The notes: generated by a model from the sequence alone, not told the origin. A stretch of 17,993 bases of DNA from Archangium sp. (GCA_031367385.1 JANLPS010000384.1:1-17993), one strand, 5' to 3'; positions 7,454-15,862 are shown, counted from the first letter of the stretch. Translations and numbers: made by a program.

Positions 7454-8973
7454 TCGAATAAATCGACCGCGATGCGCTTGGTCTTGCCCGCCTCGACCGT
7501 GACCGTCATCGTCTTGCGCTTCTTGATCTGCGGGTTCGAGAGCACCAGCGTGTGGCTGCCGGGTTTGACCCGCACCGAGCCCATTGGCGTCGGCCCCAGC
7601 GACTTGCCGTCGAGCGTGACTTCGGCCCAGGGGCTCGCGCGAATATCGAGAAACGAGGCTCGGGCCACGGGCGCGCGGTCGCTCTTGGGCGTGGCGGCAT
7701 CACCCGCATCACCGGGCGGCGCCGTCGCGGTCTCATCGATCGCCCGCTCGTCAACCCCTGCGTCAGCAATGACCTCGACCGGCGGCTGGGGGGTCGGCCC
7801 CTTGGGTGTCAGAACCACCTTTGGCAACACCGGCACGGGTTTGACTACCTCCGCCGTCACCGGTTCGGGCCGCGGGTCATCGGGCGGAGGCTCGAAGAGC
7901 CGGTACCTCCACACGCCGAAGACGCCGGCGATGACGACGGCGATCAGCACCGCCAGGGCGCTCCACCACCGGCGCGCGGCGACCCTGGTGAACGAGCGCA
8001 TGATGATGTCGCGATCGCTCACGTTGCTCGGCATCATGCCCATCGCTGCGTTGACGGTTTGTATCGCGGGCTCACCGATGAGCTCGCGAACGAAGACGCT
8101 GAGCTCTTGCTGGGTCAAGAGCCCGCCGGGCACGTGGGCCAGCGCCTCGGCAAAGGCCCGCGCCGAGCTGGGGCGATCTTCGGGTGACTTCGCCAGCGCG
8201 TACCGAACCAGCGAATCGAAGTTCGCCGAGAGCGACAAGTTGAGCGCCAGCGGCGGTATCGGCTCGGCGTTGACCACCGAGGCCAACAGCGCCGCGTCGT
8301 TGTCAGCCGCGAAGGGCCGCTGCTGCGTGAGCGCCTCGTACAGCACCACACCCATCGACCAGATGTCGCCCCGCGCGTCGGTCGATTTGCCCGCGGCCGC
8401 CTCGGGGGGCATGTACGACAACTTGCCCTTCATGGTGCCGACCCGGGTCACCGCCGCGCTCGTCGCTGCCTTGGCGATGCCGAAGTCGAGCACCTTCACC
8501 ATGCCGTCGAACCCCACCATGATGTTGTCGGGGCTCACGTCGCGGTGCACCAGCTCGAGCGGGTTGCCATGCTCATCGAGCAGCTCGTGCGCCGCCGCCA
8601 ACCCCTGCAGGGCCTGAGCCGCGATGCTGGCGACCACGGGCTCTGGCAGCAGCTGATTCTTGGTCTTCGCGGTCTTGAGCAGCGAGCGCAAGGTGACGCC
8701 GTGCACGTACTCCATGGCGAGAAAGTAGGTCTCGCCGTCGCGGGCAAAGTCGAACACCGAGACCACGTTGGGGTGGTGAATCAAGGCCGCCAGGCGGGCC
8801 TCTTCGAGAAACATCTCGAGAAACTCACCTTCGTCAGTGAGGCTCTCGAGCAAGCGCTTGACCACTGCGGGCCGTTTGAAGCCGCCGGGGCCGATTTGCG
8901 CGGCCAGCCAGATGTCACCCATGCCACCTCGGCCAATGGGTCGGAGCAGTTGGTAGCTCCCGAGCTTCATCAT
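7450..8973 (-). CDS. Membrane Hanks-type Ser/Thr protein kinase with C-terminal PEGA-like domain (507 aa)
   Basis: Kinase motifs IGRGGMG, VVK, HRDVSPDN, DFG, GKLSYMPPE and DIWSMG. TM WWSALAVLIAVVIAGVFGVW. Pro-rich linker. PEGA-like SPWAEVTLDGKSLGPTP...VKPGSHTLVL. Confidence 0.95.
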   Translation of the reverse strand: MMKLGSYQLLRPIGRGGMGDIWLAAQIGPGGFKRPAVVKRLLESLTDEGEFLEMFLEEARLAALIHHPNVVSVFDFARDGETYFLAMEYVHGVTLRSLLKTAKTKNQLLPEPVVASIAAQALQGLAAAHELLDEHGNPLELVHRDVSPDNIMVGFDGMVKVLDFGIAKAATSAAVTRVGTMKGKLSYMPPEAAAGKSTDARGDIWSMGVVLYEALTQQRPFAADNDAALLASVVNAEPIPPLALNLSLSANFDSLVRYALAKSPEDRPSSARAFAEALAHVPGGLLTQQELSVFVRELIGEPAIQTVNAAMGMMPSNVSDRDIIMRSFTRVAARRWWSALAVLIAVVIAGVFGVWRYRLFEPPPDDPRPEPVTAEVVKPVPVLPKVVLTPKGPTPQPPVEVIADAGVDERAIDETATAPPGDAGDAATPKSDRAPVARASFLDIRASPWAEVTLDGKSLGPTPMGSVRVKPGSHTLVLSNPQIKKRKTMTVTVEAGKTKRIAVDLFD

Positions 8974-9069
8974 TGCGCTTCTGTCCTACCATTCGGGGGC
9001 CTTAAAAACGGCTTGTTTCCTTCAGGGTGCAAGCCGGGGCAAACTCGGGCCCGTGTTCGGGAGCCCAGC

Positions 9070-12000
9070 ATGACGGAGCAAGTACGCTGTGGCTTGACCT
9101 TCGACAGCGTCGACGACTTTCGCATCGCGTACGACCAACGACTCTCGTCGGGGCTGTGTTTCGTGCCCTGGCCCGACGAAATCGACGCCGGGCGAGCGAT
9201 GGCCCTCGACCTGGTGGTGGCTGGCCGGGGCAAGCTCGAGCTCTCGGCCACCGTCGACCAGCCCGACTTCGACGAGCACGGCAACATCGGCGTCTCGGTG
9301 CGCCTTTCAGCTGAATCGACCGAAGCGGTCAAGGCGCTGCTGACCCAGCTGACCCAGGCGAAAGAGGGGCCTGAAGTCTTCGCGTCGACCCGAATACGCC
9401 CGAAGACCAAGACCTTTTCACGGATGGATCAGACGGCAGGCGGGAGCGTCACCGAGCCCGCGCCCGATGCGCACGACTGGGGCGACGACGAAGAGGGGCT
9501 GCTCGAGCCGGGCACCGTCGTCGAAGAGCGCTTTCGCATCGAGTCGCACCTGGCGACCGGTGGCATGGGCGAGGTCTACCGGGCTGCGCACGTGCACTTG
9601 AAGCGGCCGGTGGCGCTGAAACTGCTGCGCCGCTCGCTCGCCTCAGACCCCGACATGTGGGCGCGGTTTCGCCGAGAAGCCGAGATGGTCAGCCAGCTCG
9701 AGAGCCCTCACGTGGTGCGGGTCTTCGACTTCGGCAAGACCGCCGCGGGGCAACCGTTTCTGGCGATGGAGTACGTCGAAGGGCAGACCCTCGACGTGCT
9801 GGTGCGCAACGGGCCGCTGGCTCCGGCGCGCGCGGTGGCGATACTGGTGCAGGTCTGCGAAGGCCTGGGCGAAGCGCACGCGATGGGCGTGATTCACCGC
9901 GACCTGAAGCCGCCCAACATCATTCTGGGTAAGAAGCGCGACGGCTCAGACCTGGTGAAGATTCTCGACTTCGGCATCGCGCGGTTGACCGACCGAACCG
10001 GGCAAGTCGGAGACAAGAACAAGCTGACCCAGGTTGGCATGGTGGTGGGCACTCCGGCGTATCTGGCGCCAGAGCAGGCGCTGGCCGATGAGCTCGACGG
10101 GCGCACCGACCTCTACGCGTTGGGGTGCGTGGCCTACGAGCTGCTCACCGGGCGGCCGCCCTTCGTCGCCGATGACATTTCGAGGGTGGTGAGCATGCAC
10201 CTGACCGCGCTGCCGGTGCAGCTGCAGGTGCTGCGCCCCGAGCTCGCCGAGGTGCCCGCGCTGTGCGACGCGGTGTTGAAGGTGCTCTCGAAAGAGAAGA
10301 AGGCGCGCTTTCAGACCGTTCAAGAATTCTCCAAAGCGCTCCAAGCGGGCGTGGTGCAAGCCCCACCGGCCGTCACCGCGGCGGTGCCCAAAGACGACTG
10401 GTCTGAGACCTCGAGCCCGGGCTCCGCCGCGCCGGTCTTCGATGATTGGGGCCCCGAGCCACTCACGCTCAGCGGCATCAAGCCGGTGCTGCCAACCGCC
10501 TCGCCACCGGCGGCTCCACCGCTTCGACCACCGGCCCCCAACGCGCAAGAAGCCGACGATTTTTTCGCGATGGCGCCGAAGAGCTCGAGCGGCAACAGCG
10601 GTGCGAGCCCGGTGAGCGGGGCGGGCCCGGCGAGCAGGTCGTCGGGTTCGAAGGGGTTGCCCGGCTTGAAGCCGCTCGAGGCGCTGCGATCGGGGCGGGC
10701 CCAGCTGGGCACGGGCAGCACCCGCGCGACGTTGGCGATCATCGAAGTGCTCGGCGCCACGCGAGGCAGTGACTTGCTGGAGGTGGCCACCAACCGGGTG
10801 CTCGAGACCGCGTTGGCCTGGGGCGCCGTGCTCGACTCGATGGATGATGACAGCATCGTGCTGCTCTTCGCGGGTGATGATTTGCCCGGCGCCGCGGGCC
10901 GCGCCGCGTTGGCGATGATCTCGATGCGCGAGCAGGTCGCCGATGAGGCCGCCCGCTACCCCGGTCAGAGCGCGTCGATTCGCGGCGCCATCGTCGGAGG
11001 CGTCATACCCACGCCGCCCAATGAGCCCACCAGCGGCGACTTCATCAACCGCGCGCGCTCGTTGGTCGCCCGGGTCGGGGCGGGCACGTTGCTGGTCGAC
11101 CGGGCCCTGATTGAAGTGCTCGGTGACGCGGTCGAGGTGAAGGCCGGAGGCGCTGAAGCGCTCGAGGTCACCGGCCGAAAGAGCCACCTCCGCCGCACCG
11201 CCACCAGCCTGGTGGGTCGCGAGCCGGTGTTGGCCTCGCTCGACAAGCGGTTGACGAGCCTGACGCAAGGCGTGGTCGCGCCGGTGGTGGTGCGAGGCGC
11301 GCGCGGCTCGGGTCGCACCACCGTCATCACCGAGGTCGCGAACCGGGCCCGGCAGCGCGGCATCATCGTCGGCCAGGTGCGAGGGGTCGAGTCGTTGCGC
11401 GGGCACGCCCTCGGCGCAGTCACTGAGCTCGTCTGCGCGATGTGCGGCGTGCCTCCCGAGCACCGGGCCGCGCGATTGCGTCAGGCGCTGGTGGCGCTGG
11501 GCGTGAGCAGCACCATCGTCGAAGGCGCGCTGGTGATGGCGGGCGTCTCGCAGACGCCCCAGACCTTCACCGCTGGGCAGGGAGCGCAGGTCTTGCGCTC
11601 GGTGGTGCGGGCGGGGGCTCCAGAGCGACCGGTGCTCTTCTTGTTCGACGCGCTCGAGGCCCTCGACACGCCGAGCCTCGACGTGTTTCGCGAGCTGGTC
11701 ACCCGGCCGGGGCCCAAAGAGCTGACCGTCGGCTTCGCGCCCCCCGAGCTGCACGCCGAGCGCCTCGGCAACGTGCCGACCCTCGAGCTCGCGCCGTTGA
11801 CGCAGCCAGAGATGGCCCAGGTGCTGGGCGCGGTGCTCGAAGCGCCGCCCTCGGCGCGCCTACTCGAGACGTTGGCCTATCTCTCGAAGGGGCTGCCGGG
11901 GCCGTTGCTCGACTGGCTGTGGCTGCTCGATGACCGCGGTCAGCTGCGGCTGCGGGGCAACATGCTCGGGCTGGTCGGAGAAGTGCCAGGGCTCGATGAG

Positions 12001-13245
12001 GCGGGGCTGCTCGCGGGGCGCCTGGCGGTGATGCCGCTCGACGTGAAGCGGGTCTTGGAGGCCGCGGCGCTGGCGGGTGATTCGTTCGACGTGTCAGCGA
12101 TTTCGATGGCGTGGCCACGGGCGACTCCGGCGGCGTTGCAGGCAGCGGTGGGCACGCGGCTGCTGCGCCCGCTGCCGTCGAAAAAGTGGGCTTTCAGCTC
12201 GCCCCGTCAGCTGGCCGCGATTCTGGCCGCGCCCTCGGCCGAGCGCGCGTCGATGCACGAGCGCATCGCGGCGGCGCTGGTCGAGCAAGCCAAGGCCGAC
12301 CCTGCCGCGGTCGACCCGATGATGCTCGCCCGTCATTTCACCGCTGCCAAAGATGGAGCCCGCGCCGCCTCGCTGTGGAAGCACGCCACCGAGCAGGCCC
12401 TGGCCACGCGGCGACCGCGTGATGCGATCGGCGCCATTCGCGGGTGGGTCGCGGCGTTGGGGTTGGCGGCGCAATCATCGAGCGAGCTGCTGCGCGGCCG
12501 CATCGACGCGCTCTCGCGGGCAGGCGGCATCGCCTTCTCACTGCAAGACGCGGCGTTGGGGCGGGCGCTGGTCGACGAGGCGATGGGGCTCGCGAAGATC
12601 CTCGGCGCTCCGACGGCAGAATTCTGTCTGTCGCTCGCCCGGGTGCATCGCAGTGAAGCGCGCCGCTCGAAGGCCACCGATACGCTGGCGCAGGCCGAGG
12701 GCCTGGCCGCCAATGGGCCGTTGGTGGCGTTGATCGAAGCCGAGCGCGGAGAGTCGCGTGAGCTCGAGGGCGACATGACGGGCGCGGTGGCGGCCTTTGA
12801 AAAAGCGCTCGGGCTCGCCGAGTCGGCCAAAGAGCTGGCCCGGTGGCACGGAGAGATCAACCTCACCGCCAGGCTCGAGGCGCGGTTGGCCGGCGCCTAC
12901 CTCGCGCGAAAAGACATACCCATGGCGCGCACGCTGTACGAGGCCTCGCTCGCCCGGTGGAAGGCGGCGGCCTGGCCCTTCGCCGAGGCCCGCGTGTTGA
13001 TGAACCTGGGCACCTTGTTCGTGCACGGCAAAGACCTGCCCACTGCGGCGAAGCACTTCGAGGCCGCCGCCGAGGCTGCGGGTCGAGCGGGTGACGTGAT
13101 GCTTCAAGCGCGCGCGCTGTTGGGCCAGGCCAAGGTGCTCAAGCAGTCGGGCAACGCGTCTGCGACGTCGGTCGCCAGTGAGGCGCGCAAGCTGGCCCTG
13201 GCCCTCGCCTGGGACGAAGGCCGCACTCAGGCCGAAGCGATTTGA
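9070..13245 (+). CDS. Multidomain Ser/Thr kinase: PilZ-like, kinase, degenerate class III cyclase-like, STAND/AAA_16-type NTPase, TPR-like (1391 aa)
   Basis: ATG 9070 with GGGAG SD. Kinase motifs LATGGMGEVY, VALK, HRDLKPPN, DFG and GTPAYLAPE. NTPase motifs LVGRE, GARGSGRTT and LFLFDALEALD. Ala-rich helical repeats at the C-terminus. No TM segment evident. Confidence 0.9.
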   Translation: MTEQVRCGLTFDSVDDFRIAYDQRLSSGLCFVPWPDEIDAGRAMALDLVVAGRGKLELSATVDQPDFDEHGNIGVSVRLSAESTEAVKALLTQLTQAKEGPEVFASTRIRPKTKTFSRMDQTAGGSVTEPAPDAHDWGDDEEGLLEPGTVVEERFRIESHLATGGMGEVYRAAHVHLKRPVALKLLRRSLASDPDMWARFRREAEMVSQLESPHVVRVFDFGKTAAGQPFLAMEYVEGQTLDVLVRNGPLAPARAVAILVQVCEGLGEAHAMGVIHRDLKPPNIILGKKRDGSDLVKILDFGIARLTDRTGQVGDKNKLTQVGMVVGTPAYLAPEQALADELDGRTDLYALGCVAYELLTGRPPFVADDISRVVSMHLTALPVQLQVLRPELAEVPALCDAVLKVLSKEKKARFQTVQEFSKALQAGVVQAPPAVTAAVPKDDWSETSSPGSAAPVFDDWGPEPLTLSGIKPVLPTASPPAAPPLRPPAPNAQEADDFFAMAPKSSSGNSGASPVSGAGPASRSSGSKGLPGLKPLEALRSGRAQLGTGSTRATLAIIEVLGATRGSDLLEVATNRVLETALAWGAVLDSMDDDSIVLLFAGDDLPGAAGRAALAMISMREQVADEAARYPGQSASIRGAIVGGVIPTPPNEPTSGDFINRARSLVARVGAGTLLVDRALIEVLGDAVEVKAGGAEALEVTGRKSHLRRTATSLVGREPVLASLDKRLTSLTQGVVAPVVVRGARGSGRTTVITEVANRARQRGIIVGQVRGVESLRGHALGAVTELVCAMCGVPPEHRAARLRQALVALGVSSTIVEGALVMAGVSQTPQTFTAGQGAQVLRSVVRAGAPERPVLFLFDALEALDTPSLDVFRELVTRPGPKELTVGFAPPELHAERLGNVPTLELAPLTQPEMAQVLGAVLEAPPSARLLETLAYLSKGLPGPLLDWLWLLDDRGQLRLRGNMLGLVGEVPGLDEAGLLAGRLAVMPLDVKRVLEAAALAGDSFDVSAISMAWPRATPAALQAAVGTRLLRPLPSKKWAFSSPRQLAAILAAPSAERASMHERIAAALVEQAKADPAAVDPMMLARHFTAAKDGARAASLWKHATEQALATRRPRDAIGAIRGWVAALGLAAQSSSELLRGRIDALSRAGGIAFSLQDAALGRALVDEAMGLAKILGAPTAEFCLSLARVHRSEARRSKATDTLAQAEGLAANGPLVALIEAERGESRELEGDMTGAVAAFEKALGLAESAKELARWHGEINLTARLEARLAGAYLARKDIPMARTLYEASLARWKAAAWPFAEARVLMNLGTLFVHGKDLPTAAKHFEAAAEAAGRAGDVMLQARALLGQAKVLKQSGNASATSVASEARKLALALAWDEGRTQAEAI

Positions 13246-13247
13246 CG

Positions 13248-14246
13248 ATGGTGCTCCTCGCTCCATTGCTGCCCTTGTTGGTGCTGGGCCAGGTCTACCG
13301 GTGGGTCGACAAGGCCGGCGAGGAGCACTTCACCAATGATCGCTCGTCGGTGCCCAAGGGCGCCAAGATCTTGCCCTTCGAGCCGGGTGAGCCCGACGTG
13401 GCGATCGGCAATCTCGACCCATCGCCCCCCGCGAGCCCGAAGCCTCCCGAGCCGGCACCTGCACCGGCGCCGCCAGAACCGCGGCCGTCACTCGCGAAGC
13501 GGCGCGATGACGTCGAGCCCAACGCGACGGTCACGCTGGGTGAGCTGCCTCGCTCGCTCAAGCAAGGCGACGCCGAGATCATTCTCGGAGCGGTGCAGCA
13601 CGCGCTCGACTCACCTCGCCTCAAGACCTTCGGCGGGTTGCGCAAGACCATTCGCCTCGACGTGATCGAGAAGGCCACCGACCCGCGCATGGGAGGCACG
13701 CCCGAGTGGGCCGCTGGCTTCGCGGTCTCTTCGACCCAGGTCTATCTTCTCTCGCCCTACATCGGAGCCGTCGGCTTCGGTCGCCCCCGCAACTGGGCCG
13801 AGATTGCGCTGCACGAGATTGCCCACGCGCAACAAGCCCAGTGGTCGGGCACGGCCGCGGTGCCGAGGTGGTTCAAAGAGGGCTATGCGATGTACGTCGC
13901 CGACGAAGAAGACTCGGTCTCGCTCGAAGACATCTCGTGGTGGGCGATTTCGAAGGGTGATGGCGCGCCGTTGAGCTACGCGTTCAAGCCCGGTGCCCGT
14001 CGGCCGATTCTGCGCGGCGCCGAGCGCGCTGACCACGCGGGCATGGACTACGGCTTGAGCTACCAGGGCGTGAAGCTGATGGTCGCCGTCAAAGGGGTCG
14101 GCGCGGTGAGCTCGCTCTTGCGCGCGATGAAAGACGGGCTGACCTTCGACGCGGCGTTCAAGCAGGCGATGGGGCTCGAGCTCAAAGACTTCGAGGCGCT
14201 GTTGCTCGAGCAGCTGCGCCCGCATTTTCACGAGCGGGCTGAGTAA
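13248..14246 (+). CDS. Secreted DUF4124-like domain plus clan MA (gluzincin-like) metallopeptidase
   Basis: Short hydrophobic signal. VYRWVDKAGEEHFTND matches the DUF4124 pattern. Pro-rich linker. HEIAH plus downstream PRWFKEGYAMY matches the Peptidase_MA_2-like pattern. Alternative start TTG 13242. Confidence 0.85.
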   Translation: MVLLAPLLPLLVLGQVYRWVDKAGEEHFTNDRSSVPKGAKILPFEPGEPDVAIGNLDPSPPASPKPPEPAPAPAPPEPRPSLAKRRDDVEPNATVTLGELPRSLKQGDAEIILGAVQHALDSPRLKTFGGLRKTIRLDVIEKATDPRMGGTPEWAAGFAVSSTQVYLLSPYIGAVGFGRPRNWAEIALHEIAHAQQAQWSGTAAVPRWFKEGYAMYVADEEDSVSLEDISWWAISKGDGAPLSYAFKPGARRPILRGAERADHAGMDYGLSYQGVKLMVAVKGVGAVSSLLRAMKDGLTFDAAFKQAMGLELKDFEALLLEQLRPHFHERAE

Positions 14247-14252
14247 GGAGCC

Positions 14253-14747
14253 TTACTGGTGGCGAAAGAAGCGGCCCTTGTTGCCCTTCATATGCCGCAG
14301 CTCTTCACCGAACTTCGCCAAGAACATCGCCAGCTTCGCCTTTTTCAGCGGCGTTTGACCGACCGAGAGCTGGGCGAACATCTCTTTGTCGAGCGCGGCC
14401 ATCTGGCTGCGGCCGTCGAGCAAGCGGGTCACGTTTTGGTCGATGGTGGCCATCGCTGCGACATCTCCCTCAGCGGCGGCTTTGATGGCTCGCATCGAGT
14501 CGCTCATCGAGTCGCGAATGGGCTTGCGGCGATCTTCGAGGCTCTTGAGCTTTTCTGACAACTTGAGTGCGTCGGCGTCGCTGAGCTCGAGCGCCTCGGC
14601 GATGCCGACCAGCGCCATCATGCGGCTCTTGCGGCTGATTTCCTCTTGCCGTTCGGCTCGGTCGCCAGTCGATTTGCCGGCTCCTCCGTTGGGCCCGGCG
14701 AAGGCCAGTGATGAGAACAGACAGGCTGCGAGCAGTGCGCGTTTCAT
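14253..14747 (-). CDS. Periplasmic helical protein, Spy/CpxP/heavy-metal-sensor-like (164 aa)
   Basis: Signal peptide MKRALLAACLFSSLAFA. ALELSDAD and QTPLKKAK resemble the two LTxxQ-type motifs. Charged, Met-rich helices. Third gene of the ECF2 operon. Confidence 0.7.
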   Translation of the reverse strand: MKRALLAACLFSSLAFAGPNGGAGKSTGDRAERQEEISRKSRMMALVGIAEALELSDADALKLSEKLKSLEDRRKPIRDSMSDSMRAIKAAAEGDVAAMATIDQNVTRLLDGRSQMAALDKEMFAQLSVGQTPLKKAKLAMFLAKFGEELRHMKGNKGRFFRHQ

Positions 14748-15220
14748 TGTTCTTCTCCTTCAGTCAGCGAGGGCCACGAGACATCGAAAAAGGCGGTTTC
14801 ATCATCGGCCGGGGCGGCGAGGCCTTCATCGCCGACGTCCCAGTCGGGGTCTTCGCCCAGCGTCTCGGCGGGTCGTTGCTCGACCGCCTTCACCTGCTGC
14901 GGCAGCACCGGAGTGGGGGCTCGAAACGAGAGAAAACTCGCCGAGGCCACCAGCGCTCCCAAGCCCGCGGCGAGGGCGTACCCGGCGACGCGCTGCACTG
15001 AAAACCGTCGCGCTTCTTTCACGTGCCAGGCCTGGTGGGCTCGCAGCGGCAACTGTGACAGCGCGGCCCGCTCGAGCGCGGTGGGCTCGGGCAGCGAGGC
15101 CAACCCCAGCACCGTGGCGGTCTGCCGACACGAGCGACACCCGGCCAGGTGCTCGTTCAGCTCGCCCGAGGGCGCCTCGGGCATTTCAGAGAGCAGCACT
15201 TCGGCGTCTTCACACTGCAT
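14744..15220 (-). CDS. Zinc-binding (ZAS/zf-HC2) transmembrane anti-sigma factor (158 aa)
   Basis: MQC...HLAGCRSC gives the C..HxxxCxxC motif. TM VAGYALAAGLGALVASASFLSF. Acidic C-terminal tail. Overlaps the sigma gene by 11 nt. Confidence 0.9.
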   Translation of the reverse strand: MQCEDAEVLLSEMPEAPSGELNEHLAGCRSCRQTATVLGLASLPEPTALERAALSQLPLRAHQAWHVKEARRFSVQRVAGYALAAGLGALVASASFLSFRAPTPVLPQQVKAVEQRPAETLGEDPDWDVGDEGLAAPADDETAFFDVSWPSLTEGEEQ

Positions 15221-15854
15221 GGGGTGCTCCAGTCGGCGGTTGCATCAGCGCTTCGACCTCTTCGCGAAGGCGCTTCACCGCGTAATGAAAATGCGTCTTC
15301 GCGTTGGCTTCGGTAATGCCGAGCGTGCGCCCAACTTCGGCGAAGGGGAGACCCGCGTCGATGCGCAAAGTGAAGACCTCGCGCTGGCGTTTCGGCAGCT
15401 TCAAGACGGCTTGCCGGGTCATCGCCTCGGCTTCGGCGTGCTCGAGCGCGGCCTGAGCCGACCCTTCAGTACGCAGCGGAGCGACGTTCTGCAGTGGAGC
15501 CAGCCGCCACCGCCGGGTCTGGCGCGAGTGGTTCTTGGCCAGGTTGATCGCGATGCGCAGCACCCACGCCCGAAAGGGAATTTCGCCCCCCGAGGCTCTG
15601 TCGAGCCGGGGCAGGGTGCGCCGGGCCGCTTCAAAGGCCTGCAGAAACGCGCGCTGGGCGAGGTCGAAGCCATCTTCTGGCCGCGTCACGTAGCGGCGAA
15701 CGACCCGGTACACGGTGTCTTGGTGGCGGCGCACCAGCTCACCGAAAGCCTTTGAATCGCCTTCGAGAAAGGCCCGGCAGAGGCTGGTGTCGCTCTCGGG
15801 CTCGGCCCGAACCAGGCTCAGCGACGGGGGGCTGCTGGGAGTCGACGCGGTCAC
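15210..15854 (-). CDS. RNA polymerase ECF sigma-70 factor (ECF2, 214 aa)
   Basis: Region 2: GDSKAFGELVRRHQDTVY...DLAQRAFLQAF...FRAWVLRIAINLAKN. Region 4: LPKRQREVFTLRIDAGLPFAEVGRTLGITEANAKTHFHYAVKRLR. Confidence 0.95.
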   Translation of the reverse strand: MTASTPSSPPSLSLVRAEPESDTSLCRAFLEGDSKAFGELVRRHQDTVYRVVRRYVTRPEDGFDLAQRAFLQAFEAARRTLPRLDRASGGEIPFRAWVLRIAINLAKNHSRQTRRWRLAPLQNVAPLRTEGSAQAALEHAEAEAMTRQAVLKLPKRQREVFTLRIDAGLPFAEVGRTLGITEANAKTHFHYAVKRLREEVEALMQPPTGAPHAV

Positions 15855-15862
15855 GACCCCTG

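Noticed and set aside
8545..9069. 175-aa N-terminal extension of the large kinase (1566-aa ORF)
   Set aside because: It is mostly antisense to the PEGA kinase. ATG 9070 has an SD and precedes the first domain.
9946..11754. 602-aa minus-strand ORF and similar long shadow ORFs (1618-2727, 7472-8617, 17018-17926)
   Set aside because: These are antisense to well-supported genes, carry no motifs, and are expected in high-GC DNA.
9070..13245. Assignment as a known Avs anti-phage STAND system
   Set aside because: The NTPase resembles the cyclase-associated AAA_16 signalling type, and the neighbourhood has no recognisable defence genes.
1631..15854. Naming the ECFs or kinases (e.g. carQ, ddvS, rpoE, pkn numbers)
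   Set aside because: These families are highly paralogous in myxobacteria, and orthology cannot be established by eye.
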